Shown: one piece after another, positions 49,987-59,147 of the stretch
Position numbering within the stretch: position 1 is the stretch's first letter
Layout of the letters: each line of letters opens with the position of its first letter
Source of the DNA: Vampirovibrionales bacterium
Lineage (GTDB): Bacteria; Cyanobacteriota; Vampirovibrionia; Vampirovibrionales; JAJTHC01
Assembly: GCA_044358835.1 (NCBI GenBank)
Contig: JBIKNF010000002.1
Coordinates: 9,909 to 73,908 of the forward strand
Direction: 5' to 3'
DNA length: 64,000 bases
Program-made: the position numbers and the translations under genes
The notes under the pieces: generated by a model
Seen by the model: only the letters and a program-made list of their open reading frames with translations
The model's database searches: none
What the model was told of the DNA's origin: nothing

Positions 49987-51465
49987 ATGAAGACACCGAT
50001 AAAAGGGCAAAATTACATCAACGGCCACTGGCAAGACGCCCAGTCTGGTGCTTGCTTTGAAAACCGTAGCCCCAACCAACCGCAAGATCTCATCGGGGTG
50101 TTTCCTGCGTCTACCAGTGAAGATGTGGATCAAGCCGTTCAATCGGCCCAACGCGCCTTTCAGCAATGGAAGGCGACGCCTGCGCCTCAGCGCGCGAAAG
50201 TGTTGCTCAAAGTCGCCCAATTACTCGAACGTGACAAGCCCACGTTGACCCAAGAAATGACCCGAGAAATGGGGAAAAGCCTCATTGAAGCCGGCGGAGA
50301 CATTCAAGAAGCCATTGATATGGCGTACTTTGTGGCAGGCGAAGGGCGAAGGTTGTATGGGCAAACCACGCCGTCTGAATTACCGCACAAATGGGCGATG
50401 ACGATGCGTCAGCCTGTGGGCGTTTGTGGCTTGATTACCTCGTGGAACTTCCCAATTGCCGTACCCAGCTGGAAGATTTTACCCTGTTTACTGGCGGGCA
50501 ACACCATTGTGTTTAAACCGGCGGAAGAGGCTCCCTTAATGGCACAACGTTTTGTAGAACTGTTTGAAGAAGCCGGCTTGCCTAAAGGGGTCTTAAACTT
50601 GGTGCAAGGCCCAGGGGAAACGACCGGTCAAGCCGTGGTGAATCATCCTGACATCAGGCTGATTAGTTTTACAGGTTCTAGTGAAGCGGGGGCGATGATT
50701 GCGGCACAATGTGGATCGCAACTCAAGCGAGTCGCCCTTGAGCTCGGCGGAAAAAATGCGTGTATCGTTATGGAAGACGCCGATTTAGCACTCGCCGCAC
50801 AAGGCATTGCCTGGGGAGCCTTTGGTACCAGCGGTCAACGATGCACCGCCACCAGTCGCCTGCTGGTGCATCATTCAGTAAAAAAACGCTTGCTCGATTT
50901 ACTGCTTAAAGAAACCGAAAAACTAGTCGTTGGCAATACCCTTGAAGGATCGGATATTGGACCAATTATCAATCCGACACAGCTTAAGCGTGTGTTGGAC
51001 TACATCGCCATTGCCCAAGCCGAAGGAGCCACGCTCTTATGTGGGGGGCATCCGATTGAATTGGACGGTTACTTTGTGGCTCCCACGATTTTGGACGGGG
51101 TCACGCCCACCATGCGAATCGCGCAAGAAGAGGTGTTTGGTCCTGTGCTTGCCGTCATGGATTTCAACACGCTAGAAGAAGCCATTACAATTGCTAATGG
51201 GGTAGAATACGGGTTGTCTTCCGCGATATTTACCACGAATATGAGCTCCGCCTTTCAAGCCGTCGAACAACTGGAAGCGGGGATTACTTACGTGAACGCC
51301 CCTAGTATTGGGGCGGAAGTTCACTTGCCTTTTGGAGGCGTGAAGAAAACGGGCAATGGGCATCGAGAAGCGGCAAGCCAAGCCTTTGACGTGTTTACGG
51401 AATGGAAGACCGTGTATATTGACTATAGCGGTCAACTTCAAAAGGCTCAGATTGACAATAATTGA
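49987..51465 (+). CDS. NAD(P)-dependent aldehyde dehydrogenase
   Basis: Catalytic Glu in ELGGKNA, catalytic Cys in GQRCTA, and the NAD-binding motif GSSEAG. The start was chosen at ATG 49987 (MKTPIKGQNYINGHW) to avoid the upstream overlap. Confidence 0.88.
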   Translation: MKTPIKGQNYINGHWQDAQSGACFENRSPNQPQDLIGVFPASTSEDVDQAVQSAQRAFQQWKATPAPQRAKVLLKVAQLLERDKPTLTQEMTREMGKSLIEAGGDIQEAIDMAYFVAGEGRRLYGQTTPSELPHKWAMTMRQPVGVCGLITSWNFPIAVPSWKILPCLLAGNTIVFKPAEEAPLMAQRFVELFEEAGLPKGVLNLVQGPGETTGQAVVNHPDIRLISFTGSSEAGAMIAAQCGSQLKRVALELGGKNACIVMEDADLALAAQGIAWGAFGTSGQRCTATSRLLVHHSVKKRLLDLLLKETEKLVVGNTLEGSDIGPIINPTQLKRVLDYIAIAQAEGATLLCGGHPIELDGYFVAPTILDGVTPTMRIAQEEVFGPVLAVMDFNTLEEAITIANGVEYGLSSAIFTTNMSSAFQAVEQLEAGITYVNAPSIGAEVHLPFGGVKKTGNGHREAASQAFDVFTEWKTVYIDYSGQLQKAQIDNN

Positions 51466-51581
51466 GGTTCGATAGATAAACAGGCGATGAGGCTATTCTA
51501 GCAGCCTAGATTTTTTGTGCGGGCGTGTACATAGACGTACAGAACCAAGCAAAAAAGTCGTAGCGACAACGAAGAGACCAT

Positions 51582-51597
51582 AGACCGTTTTATATAG
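51582..51597 (-). repeat. Recurring intergenic motif in reverse orientation (revcomp CTATATAAAACGGTCT), about 55-95 bp upstream of 51651..53144
   Basis: Read directly. Confidence 0.55.
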
Positions 51598-51650
51598 CGG
51601 AGACTATAATTGAAAAATAGATACATTTTGTAACACATTACCCACGTCGT

Positions 51651-53144
51651 TTGACGCTTCGGTTTTTGACTTTCCCGTTTTTTTGTGAAAAAATGAAAAG
51701 TAGTGTTTTATGTATTACATCTCTCGCGATTACATCAGAACGATTCAAGGCCATAAAGGATTTTCTCTTGGCACGCCCCCCTGCTTTTTTTAATGAAACA
51801 CCATGGCTTAAGTCTATGCGCCATAGACTTGCCAAGGGGCTTCATTTTATTGAAAAAAATCAGTTTTACGGGAGCTTATTTACCGAAGTGGTGGGCTGTA
51901 ACTTCCCCAAAGTGATGATGGTGGGGGGTGAAAAAGAACGGCGTGAACAGTTTATTATGCAGTTCTTTAATACATCCGTGATTTGGGGGGTTGGCAGCTT
52001 TTATGACAAATTCTTAGAAAATACGATCTTTAAATCTTCCGCGCATTATGAGAAGGTGATGAAAGGCCTCGATCAGAGTGAGCAGATAAAACAGGCCAAA
52101 GAATGGCACGCCATCGGTAAAAGCGCTGGTATGTTTGGGCTTATTATGCCTTGGATGTTTACCCTGCCTTGTTTGCGAAATGCGTTTACGGTGTGGCAGT
52201 CTGGGGCGACGAACTTTGCTCAAATGTCAGGTTTGCAAGCCTATGATCGTAAGGATCCCAAACATAAAGAACAAGAAAAAAAGGCACTACATAAAAATTT
52301 GAGCATTTCTATAGGGGCCAACGTCGGGGGGCTGGCCTTGGGGCTGGTTGGGGCGCTGGCTGCTCGCAGAGGGATGGATAGAGCCATGGAAGGCAAAGCT
52401 CTTTCAGGAGCGTTGAAAGGCTACCAATCCGCCGTAAGTGGATTTAACGAACATTTTAAAAGTTTGCCTTTTATCGGGAGCAAAAAACCTGAAGACAGCA
52501 TTTTATTTAAGGACGGACAGTTCAGCAATTTTGCAGGCTTACCTCTAGTTCTTTCGTGGATTTTACCGGGGTACTTAGGCTATCTCGCCTTCATTCGTGA
52601 CCCCTTAGAAGCCTTTGAAGCCGTCTTGGGTACGGCAGTAGCCTTATTTTCTTTTGAAGCGGGACCCAAGGCCTTACGGGCCATGATTCAGAAAGCCCTG
52701 ACCAATCATCCGAATCATCCCTTGGTGCAGGCGGCCATTAAAAATTTTGGAGGCGTTGAAAACACAGGTCAACTTTCTAAAATGCTTATTTCAACCACGC
52801 TTTACGGTATGTTGCCCACAGGCTTAAGTCTAGTGACGCGCCCCCTACGCGCCAAAAAGGGAGGCATTCAAGCCAAAGAAGGCGGCGCTACCACAAGCTC
52901 GCCTCCCCCCACCTATGCAGACGCTGAGCCTAACACAAGCCAGCCTGACATCACGCAAGACGGCCTCACCACATTGTTTCCTACCTTTCACTATGCGTCT
53001 AGTCCGAATGACTCAACCCCTTATCCAAAACTATACTCACCAAATTCAAAGCAACAGATCCTTCCCCAGAAAAACCACAGGGGCTCCTTACCCATGAGCA
53101 AATATCAGTGCGTCGCTAATCACTTAAAAGCGCTTTCTATATAG
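51651..53144 (+). CDS. Hypothetical membrane protein (ORFan)
   Basis: 497 aa, with several hydrophobic helices including the Gly-rich ISIGANVGGLALGLVGALAA. The alternative start is MKSSVL at about 51693. Confidence 0.5.
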   Translation: MTLRFLTFPFFCEKMKSSVLCITSLAITSERFKAIKDFLLARPPAFFNETPWLKSMRHRLAKGLHFIEKNQFYGSLFTEVVGCNFPKVMMVGGEKERREQFIMQFFNTSVIWGVGSFYDKFLENTIFKSSAHYEKVMKGLDQSEQIKQAKEWHAIGKSAGMFGLIMPWMFTLPCLRNAFTVWQSGATNFAQMSGLQAYDRKDPKHKEQEKKALHKNLSISIGANVGGLALGLVGALAARRGMDRAMEGKALSGALKGYQSAVSGFNEHFKSLPFIGSKKPEDSILFKDGQFSNFAGLPLVLSWILPGYLGYLAFIRDPLEAFEAVLGTAVALFSFEAGPKALRAMIQKALTNHPNHPLVQAAIKNFGGVENTGQLSKMLISTTLYGMLPTGLSLVTRPLRAKKGGIQAKEGGATTSSPPPTYADAEPNTSQPDITQDGLTTLFPTFHYASSPNDSTPYPKLYSPNSKQQILPQKNHRGSLPMSKYQCVANHLKALSI

Positions 53145-53207
53145 GTTAGCTGTGTGATTTTATGTTAAACTGATTTAAAATCCCTTTTGCTATAGGAAAT
53201 CTCGCTT

Positions 53208-54116
53208 ATGTCTACGCTTCCCACCCCTAATGGCCTACCCTTTCAAGACGTCCTGCTTCGCTTACAACAGTTTTGGGCCGAACAAGGATGCGTGATTCAA
53301 CAGCCCTTTGATGTTGAAAAAGGCGCCAGCACCATGAATCCTGCCACCTTCCTACGAGTGCTGGGCCCAGAGCCGTGGAACTTAGCCAATGTGGATCCGT
53401 GCCGTCGCCCCACAGACGGTCGTTACGGGCAGAACCCCAACCGCTTGCAACACTACTTTCAATTTCAAGTGATTATGAAGCCGTCGCCGTCGAACATTCA
53501 AGAATTGTACTTGGAAAGCTTGAAAGTTCTGGGGATTGTGCCTGAAGAGCATGACGTGCGTTTTGTGGAAGACAACTGGGAATCGCCGACGCTTGGGGCG
53601 TGGGGTGTGGGCTGGGAAGTCTGGCTCGATGGCATGGAAATTACGCAGTTTACTTACTTTCAGCAGGCAGGCGGCATTGATGTGAAGCCCTGTGCGGTGG
53701 AAATCACTTACGGATGCGAGCGTATTGCGATGTATCTGCAAAATGTGGACAGCGTCTACGACCTGCGTTGGAACGAGCAATTGAGCTACGGCGACCTTTA
53801 CATGCAAAATGAAATTGAAAGTAGCACCTACAACTTTGAAGTCAGTAGCCGTGAGCGTTTGACGCAACGTTACGATCTCTACGCTGCGGAAGCCGTCGAT
53901 TGCCTTGAAGCCAAGCTGGTGATGCCTGCGTATGAGCATGTGTTGAAATGTTCGCACACCTTTAACTTGATGGACGCCCGTGGGATGTTGAGCCGTGACG
54001 AGCGAACGAATTACATTTTGCGCATTCGCCGTATGGCGGAAGGCGTGGCAAAGGCGTATGTTGAACAGCGAGAAGCCTTGGGTTACCCGTTGTTGAAGCG
54101 GGCATCGGTGGTTTAG
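53208..54116 (+). CDS. glyQ: Glycine--tRNA ligase alpha subunit (stand-alone, no glyS adjacent)
   Basis: [35 protein letters not shown]. 302 aa, colinear with E. coli GlyQ. Confidence 0.93.
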   Translation: MSTLPTPNGLPFQDVLLRLQQFWAEQGCVIQQPFDVEKGASTMNPATFLRVLGPEPWNLANVDPCRRPTDGRYGQNPNRLQHYFQFQVIMKPSPSNIQELYLESLKVLGIVPEEHDVRFVEDNWESPTLGAWGVGWEVWLDGMEITQFTYFQQAGGIDVKPCAVEITYGCERIAMYLQNVDSVYDLRWNEQLSYGDLYMQNEIESSTYNFEVSSRERLTQRYDLYAAEAVDCLEAKLVMPAYEHVLKCSHTFNLMDARGMLSRDERTNYILRIRRMAEGVAKAYVEQREALGYPLLKRASVV

Positions 54117-55525
54117 CGTTTGACCTTATTGCGGATCGCCGCCCCGATTTGGAAGAGCAAGTACCCTTGAATGAGGTGTTGCAGGATGTAGAGTGGATAA
54201 AACCACCACCAGTTTTCTTTGATGGCGATTAAAGCAATTGTATTTTGAATCGTGTCTATATCATTAAACACAAAGGGAATACTCGCACTCAAACTCACTA
54301 AAAAGCCTTCTCGAAATGAATGTAAAGCAGTCATCATGTAGAAGAGAGCAAACGCAAATAAATAGGCGGTAAAATAAAACAAAGGTAATTTGAAATTTAA
54401 CCCATAAGTGGAACTACACAAATAGATTTCATTAAAATTACAAAAGGGTGGCTGGTGTTCTACTCTCTGAAAATACTGTTGCCAAAAAAAGTAGTCGTTA
54501 CCAAGTTGCCTTTCCCCTTTTTCATCCGCTTTCGCTTTTAGGTTTGCGTAAATAGACGCCCACATTTTTAGTTTGTTTTCTGGAAGTTTCCTATTTTTAT
54601 GGATAGCTTGAAATTGACAGTGTATAGGAAAGCCTAAACATCCTAATGTAATTGTTAGTGGTGTTGGGTCTAAATAGCCAAAGTCAAACCCTTTCGCAAG
54701 TGTTCCTCCTTCAATGTTAATTTTCTCAAAGTCTACGTGTCTTAAAACAACATTTTCACCATGAAAATTACAATCCGTAAAATGTACTTTTACACCTGAA
54801 TCAGATTTAAGATTTCGTAGCTTAATGCAAGTCTTTTTTTCGTCCATTTCTATATTTTTGAAGGAAACTATACCTTTACTTTCGGGGGAACACTGTTCTA
54901 AATCAACGACAAGTGAACGTTTGTCTGATTCAAGATTAGGCGTCTGAATCTCGATTTTACCCTGTAGTTCTTTAGGTGATAATAAAAAAGCATCATGGAA
55001 AGTAGTCGTGGCAAACATCGCTCCCTTTTTGAAGGTGGTACTATCAAAAGCGGCGTATCCCTTGAATATGGTGTTGAAGAATAATGCTTCTTCGTTGAAA
55101 GTACAACGGATAAATTCGGCATTTTTCTCAAAAATCGCCCCTGCAAAATCTACTTGTTCAGTAAAAGTAATATCACTATATTGCCTCTTTGAGTAATCAG
55201 GGTAAAACGTTACAAATGACTTAAAAAAATGTGCATTCTTAGCTTTTAATATAAAGGGGCATCTAATAGTTTGGCGAATAAAGTTATGAAAATCAGGATC
55301 TTTAACGCTTGGTAATAATAAATCGTATTCTAGATATTCCTGTAATATCTCAGCCAAATTAAAATCTATTTCAATCTTACAGTCTGATATATCCAATACA
55401 CGATTCCCGCTAGTCCTTAATGCTTCCTCTATCAAAGGACGCAAATGTGATTTATCCTTAATGATAAGGCTGTCAGGGGCAGGGGCGTCCTCGGTGATAA
55501 TGACATTGTCGATATTTGAGTTCAC
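54113..55525 (-). CDS. Pentapeptide-repeat protein with a C-terminal polytopic membrane domain, on a low-GC islet
   Basis: 5-residue periodicity ([41 protein letters not shown]...). C-terminal TM helices [19 protein letters not shown] and [22 protein letters not shown] is about 37%. Confidence 0.55.
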   Translation of the reverse strand: MNSNIDNVIITEDAPAPDSLIIKDKSHLRPLIEEALRTSGNRVLDISDCKIEIDFNLAEILQEYLEYDLLLPSVKDPDFHNFIRQTIRCPFILKAKNAHFFKSFVTFYPDYSKRQYSDITFTEQVDFAGAIFEKNAEFIRCTFNEEALFFNTIFKGYAAFDSTTFKKGAMFATTTFHDAFLLSPKELQGKIEIQTPNLESDKRSLVVDLEQCSPESKGIVSFKNIEMDEKKTCIKLRNLKSDSGVKVHFTDCNFHGENVVLRHVDFEKINIEGGTLAKGFDFGYLDPTPLTITLGCLGFPIHCQFQAIHKNRKLPENKLKMWASIYANLKAKADEKGERQLGNDYFFWQQYFQRVEHQPPFCNFNEIYLCSSTYGLNFKLPLFYFTAYLFAFALFYMMTALHSFREGFLVSLSASIPFVFNDIDTIQNTIALIAIKENWWWFYPLYILQHLIQGYLLFQIGAAIRNKVKR

Positions 55526-55574
55526 AGGGTCGTCCTTCTTGCGTTGGGGGCTAGCCCTAGTTTAGCATGAAAAC

Positions 55575-55800
55575 GCTGTTCCCTCTCCTAATTTTAGGAG
55601 AGGGAACAGCGCAAGAACCCTCTCCCTTAGGGAGAGGGCAGGGGTGAGGGATTCGAGAGGCCCGTCTAGAGCGGGTGTCCCTCCTCCTAGCCTCCTCCCT
55701 AAGGGAGGAGGAACAAGACCCCCTCACCCCACCCCTCTCCCAGAGGGAGAGGGGACAGGACACGAGCAAAAACGCAAAAACCCCCTCCATAAGGAGAGGG
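55575..55800. repeat. Array of five GC-rich palindromic hairpins sharing a CCCTCTCC...GGAGAGGG core, with a nested long-range inverted repeat ggggtgaggg/ccctcacccc
   Basis: Hairpins at 55575-55610 (17 bp perfect stem), 55618-55638, 55691-55711, 55732-55754 and 55781-55799 (imperfect). The array lies between the mdh stop and the start of 54113..55525. Confidence 0.8.
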
Positions 55801-55823
55801 AATCGTGCAATTAATCCTAAAAC

Positions 55824-56759
55824 TTAAACAAACGCCTTGAGTTTGTCTACATTTTCAGCGACATCATTCACCGAAATGCTTAACGCCGCCTTCTCTTCAG
55901 CGGTGAGTTCTAGTTCAATAATCTGCAATAAACCGCCAGCACCAAGCTTACAAGGCACGCCCACATATAAACCATCCACGCCATATTCACCCTGCAAATA
56001 CGCCGCCGCTGGCAAAATGCGTTTCTTGTCTTTCACGATGCTTTCCACCATGTCAAGCACAGACGCCGCAGGGGCATAAAACGCCGAACCCGTCTTCAAA
56101 TGCTTGACGATTTCGGCGCCGCCATTTCTGGCACGCAACACGATTTCATCCAACTTGTCTTGGGCAATAAACTTGTCGAGCGGAATGCCTGCAATCGAGC
56201 TATAACGAACCAATGGCACCATGCTGTCTCCGTGACCGCCAAGCACGAAGGCTTGCACATCTTTCACCGAAACATCGGCGGCTTCGGCAATGAAGGTGCG
56301 GAAGCGAGACGTATCCAAGACGCCCGCCATCCCGATGACACGCTCTTTGGGGAAGCCTGTGGCTTCAAGAGCCACGTGGCACATGACATCCAGCGGATTC
56401 GACACTACAATCACAATCGAATCAGGTGCCACACGCTTAATTTCTTGGCAAACGGATCGCATAATTTTGGCGTTGGTTTCGAGCAAATCGTCGCGACTCA
56501 TACCGGGTTTACGAGCAATCCCTGCGGTAATAATCACCAGGTTTGCCCCTGTTACTTCGTCATAGCCGTTACTGCCGATGAGTTGCGTGTCATACCCATA
56601 AACAGGGCCACTTTGAGCGAGATCCAAGGCTTTACCTTGGGGAATGCCTTCAGCGACATCGACCAACACAACGGTTTTAGCCAGTTCTGCTTCAGCAATA
56701 CGTTGCGCTGTGGTGGCACCAACATTTCCCGCACCGATCACGGCAATTTTAGTAAACAT
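55824..56759 (-). CDS. mdh: Malate dehydrogenase (LDH-like family)
   Basis: [13 protein letters not shown] Rossmann motif, catalytic His in GGHGDSMVP, substrate Arg residues. The ATG at 56759 has a GAAGGGA RBS. The track's ORF starts earlier, at a TTG. Confidence 0.92.
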   Translation of the reverse strand: MFTKIAVIGAGNVGATTAQRIAEAELAKTVVLVDVAEGIPQGKALDLAQSGPVYGYDTQLIGSNGYDEVTGANLVIITAGIARKPGMSRDDLLETNAKIMRSVCQEIKRVAPDSIVIVVSNPLDVMCHVALEATGFPKERVIGMAGVLDTSRFRTFIAEAADVSVKDVQAFVLGGHGDSMVPLVRYSSIAGIPLDKFIAQDKLDEIVLRARNGGAEIVKHLKTGSAFYAPAASVLDMVESIVKDKKRILPAAAYLQGEYGVDGLYVGVPCKLGAGGLLQIIELELTAEEKAALSISVNDVAENVDKLKAFV

Positions 56760-57019
56760 AATCCATCCCTTCAATATAAATAAAACTACGCTTTTATTAT
56801 ACGCTCAATCTAAAAACCCTGCAAGTCAACGCCAGCCTTTTTGATTAGAAAGGAGACAGAATCTTCTGAGGTCTTAAAAATAGGTTGGCGGGTTTAAACG
56901 TCCTGAGCTTTGGTGGGCATGCTCTGTATTAGAAATGTTAAAAAAAGCTTTATTCTTTTGTCGTCCTTTGCTACAATAAAAAAAGTCACCTCTATGAGTT
57001 ATGAGAAAGATTTTTTACA

Positions 57020-57616
57020 ATGTCTATTCCGATGTTTGAACAAGCCGTGTTAACTGAGCAAAATAGTACGGATGCCTCCAAAGACAATGCATCTGGCCTT
57101 GCCGTAAGCGATGCCCAAAGCCAAGACGAAGCGGATCCCTTTGATTCGTTGGCTCAAGAGCTAAAAGCCTTGCAATCAAACGCTAAAAACATCGCCTTAA
57201 TTGGAAGTCGAAACGTGCCGTTGCCTCATCAAAACTTGGTGGAAGGCTTGGCTTATAGCTTGGTGAAAGACGGCAATACCTTGATTACATCGGGGGGGGC
57301 TTCAGGCATTAACGCGGCGGCCATTCGTGGTGCGATGAAGGCGAACCCAAACTTTTTAAAAGTGATTTTGCCGCAAACGATTGGGCATCAGCCGAGCGAA
57401 GTGCAGGATGAATTGATCGGCATACCCAAAATTGAAGAGCATCCTGAATGGGACAAGATGAAGTTGTCTGATGCCTCTCGCTTGTGCAACCGTGCCATTG
57501 TCGATGCCTGCGATCAGCTCATCGTGTTTTTATTCCATGATTCGACAACGCTTCAAAAGGCGATTGATTATGCGGAAGAGACGCATAAGATCGTCACCCG
57601 CTTTTATCTCGATTGA
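57020..57616 (+). CDS. DprA/Smf-like (SLOG superfamily) single-domain protein
   Basis: IALIGSRNVP...LITSGGASGINAAAIRGAMKA...NRAIVDACDQLIVFL match the DprA Rossmann domain. It has no C-terminal WH domain. 198 aa. Confidence 0.6.
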   Translation: MSIPMFEQAVLTEQNSTDASKDNASGLAVSDAQSQDEADPFDSLAQELKALQSNAKNIALIGSRNVPLPHQNLVEGLAYSLVKDGNTLITSGGASGINAAAIRGAMKANPNFLKVILPQTIGHQPSEVQDELIGIPKIEEHPEWDKMKLSDASRLCNRAIVDACDQLIVFLFHDSTTLQKAIDYAEETHKIVTRFYLD

Positions 57617-57641
57617 ACGAAGGTTATTTCACCCGTAAGGG

Positions 57642-57669
57642 TTGACACCCTTGATTGATGCGGTATTCT
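57642..57669 (+). promoter_or_regulatory. Sigma-70-like promoter candidate upstream of the tRNA cluster (TTGACA-N16-TATTCT)
   Basis: Read directly, about 75 bp upstream of the first tRNA. Confidence 0.3.
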
Positions 57670-57741
57670 AAAAACATGGATGTTGAGAGATTTGGTGATT
57701 GGGTTCATCCGATTTTGAAGCGTTTTTTCTGCCCTTTTCAA

Positions 57742-57814
57742 GCTGGTGTAGCTCAATTGGCAGAGCAACGGTTTTGTAAACCGTAGGTTGTGGGTTCGAT
57801 TCCTATCACCAGCA
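57742..57814 (+). tRNA. tRNA-Thr (anticodon TGT)
   Basis: Cloverleaf folded by hand: acceptor GCTGGTG/CACCAGC, anticodon loop ttTGTaa, T-arm GTGGG-TTCGATT-CCTAT (as in E. coli thrU). No encoded CCA. Confidence 0.85.
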
Positions 57815-57850
57815 ATTTGTACTTTTAAAATAGACTTCTGTCTTCTAAAT

Positions 57851-57931
57851 GGGTAGGTGCTCGAGTGGTTAATGAGGGTGGTCTGTAAAACCACTGCTTC
57901 GGCTACGTTGGTTCGAATCCAACCCTGCCCA
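57851..57931 (+). tRNA. tRNA-Tyr (anticodon GTA), long variable arm
   Basis: Acceptor GGGTAGG/CCTGCCC (one G-U), anticodon loop ctGTAaa, 12 nt variable arm, T-arm GTTGG-TTCGAAT-CCAAC. Confidence 0.85.
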
Positions 57932-57976
57932 TTTTTCTTTTTCTTCTGCTTACACAGTGGTTTTTGATGGTTGTTT

Positions 57977-58048
57977 GCCCACATGGCGCAGTGGTAGCGC
58001 ACTCCCTTGGTAAGGGAGAGGCCACGAGTTCGAATCTCGTTGTGGGCA
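57977..58048 (+). tRNA. tRNA-Thr (anticodon GGT)
   Basis: Acceptor GCCCACA/TGTGGGC, D-stem GCGC/GCGC, anticodon loop ttGGTaa, T-arm ACGAG-TTCGAAT-CTCGT. Confidence 0.88.
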
Positions 58049-58063
58049 TATTTTTTATGTGAT

Positions 58064-59077
58064 TTAACTGATTTTGCCGGTCGATTTTTTCGCTTCTTGA
58101 GAAGGCTCGATTTTCTTACGCTCGTGACGTTTTTTCCAATCCAAAAACCAGCCCAAGCCGTAACCCAGCCCGCCAACCAGTAACATACCGACAAATATAT
58201 TCTGGCCAAAGGTCTTTTCTTGTGCCTGTAAACCTTCTTTTAGCTGGTTGATGTAAGCGGGGACATTTTGCATCATGGTCTCTAGCTCAGAGAAGGGCTT
58301 TTTAAAGATGACAGGCAAGCCATTTAAAGCTGCTATGGTGGAGCTGTGGATTTCACCTTTCTCATTTAGGGCAACTGTCATGTAATTCCCTTCCTTTATG
58401 AAAAGTTTTGCTGTTTTAGAGCTTTCACCTCCATGAAATAACACCAGTGGTGCCTCGACGGGGGGGGCTTCCGTTTCTAAGGCGATAGGTTTGTTTAGTT
58501 GGAGTTGAACGAAGTGAGTCATGCCTGTTAATGCGGATATTTCTTTTTCTTCAGCGGGAATAGGCGCTTCACACCAAGCCCGTACTGGTGAATCGACCCG
58601 AAATTCACGGCCTCGAATTAATCCCCTATCATCAAGAAAGACCCGTTCGTAGTCTATCTCCGTCAAGTCTGGTGATGGGGTTTCAAATAAAGGGATTTTT
58701 GCTTCATAGCCGTTCCCCCCTGCTTTTAGTGTAAACGTATCATGAAAAAACTCCCTTGGCTTAGAATTTGGGGGATCTATATAATGAGCGTAACTGGCAT
58801 AAGCCAGGGGCTTATTACCTTGCTTATAATCGTGGACTGTTAAGCATTTTGTTGCCCCATCAGGGTCCGTTCCAGTGTATACATCAGGTCTTAAGCTTGT
58901 GTGAATGAATCCACCCAAGCTACCTAACACAAGCCCACCAGTACCTAAGGCGAAGGGGTATGTCTTATAAAACGGGGTGTCTTCTGCGGTATTTTCATTA
59001 CTGGGTTGTGCTTGAACCGCCACACGCGACGCTGGCACAGTTCTTAAGACATTTGAATCTGAAATTGGAGAAGCCAT
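58064..59077 (-). CDS. Hypothetical protein with a C-terminal membrane anchor
   Basis: 337 aa with a hydrophobic C-terminal segment NIFVGMLLVGGLGYGLGWFL. It begins 16 bp after the tRNA-Thr. Confidence 0.5.
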   Translation of the reverse strand: MASPISDSNVLRTVPASRVAVQAQPSNENTAEDTPFYKTYPFALGTGGLVLGSLGGFIHTSLRPDVYTGTDPDGATKCLTVHDYKQGNKPLAYASYAHYIDPPNSKPREFFHDTFTLKAGGNGYEAKIPLFETPSPDLTEIDYERVFLDDRGLIRGREFRVDSPVRAWCEAPIPAEEKEISALTGMTHFVQLQLNKPIALETEAPPVEAPLVLFHGGESSKTAKLFIKEGNYMTVALNEKGEIHSSTIAALNGLPVIFKKPFSELETMMQNVPAYINQLKEGLQAQEKTFGQNIFVGMLLVGGLGYGLGWFLDWKKRHERKKIEPSQEAKKSTGKIS

Positions 59078-59147
59078 AAAAAATCCTCTATTAAGAAATA
59101 AGAGATACTTATTTTATATCATAAAAGCCCCTAAACTTAAAAAAATG

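Noticed and set aside
53382-53957. 191 aa minus-strand ORF
   Set aside because: It is antisense to glyQ.
55557-55790. 77 aa minus-strand ORF
   Set aside because: It lies inside the GC-rich palindromic hairpin array, and its Arg/Ser/Pro-rich translation is an artefact.
56100-56783. 227 aa ORF on the plus strand
   Set aside because: It is entirely antisense to the strongly supported mdh gene. It is His/Asn/Gly-rich with no motif, a typical shadow ORF of a GC-moderate gene.
57604-58209. 201 aa minus-strand ORF
   Set aside because: It overlaps all three hand-folded tRNA genes, so it is spurious.
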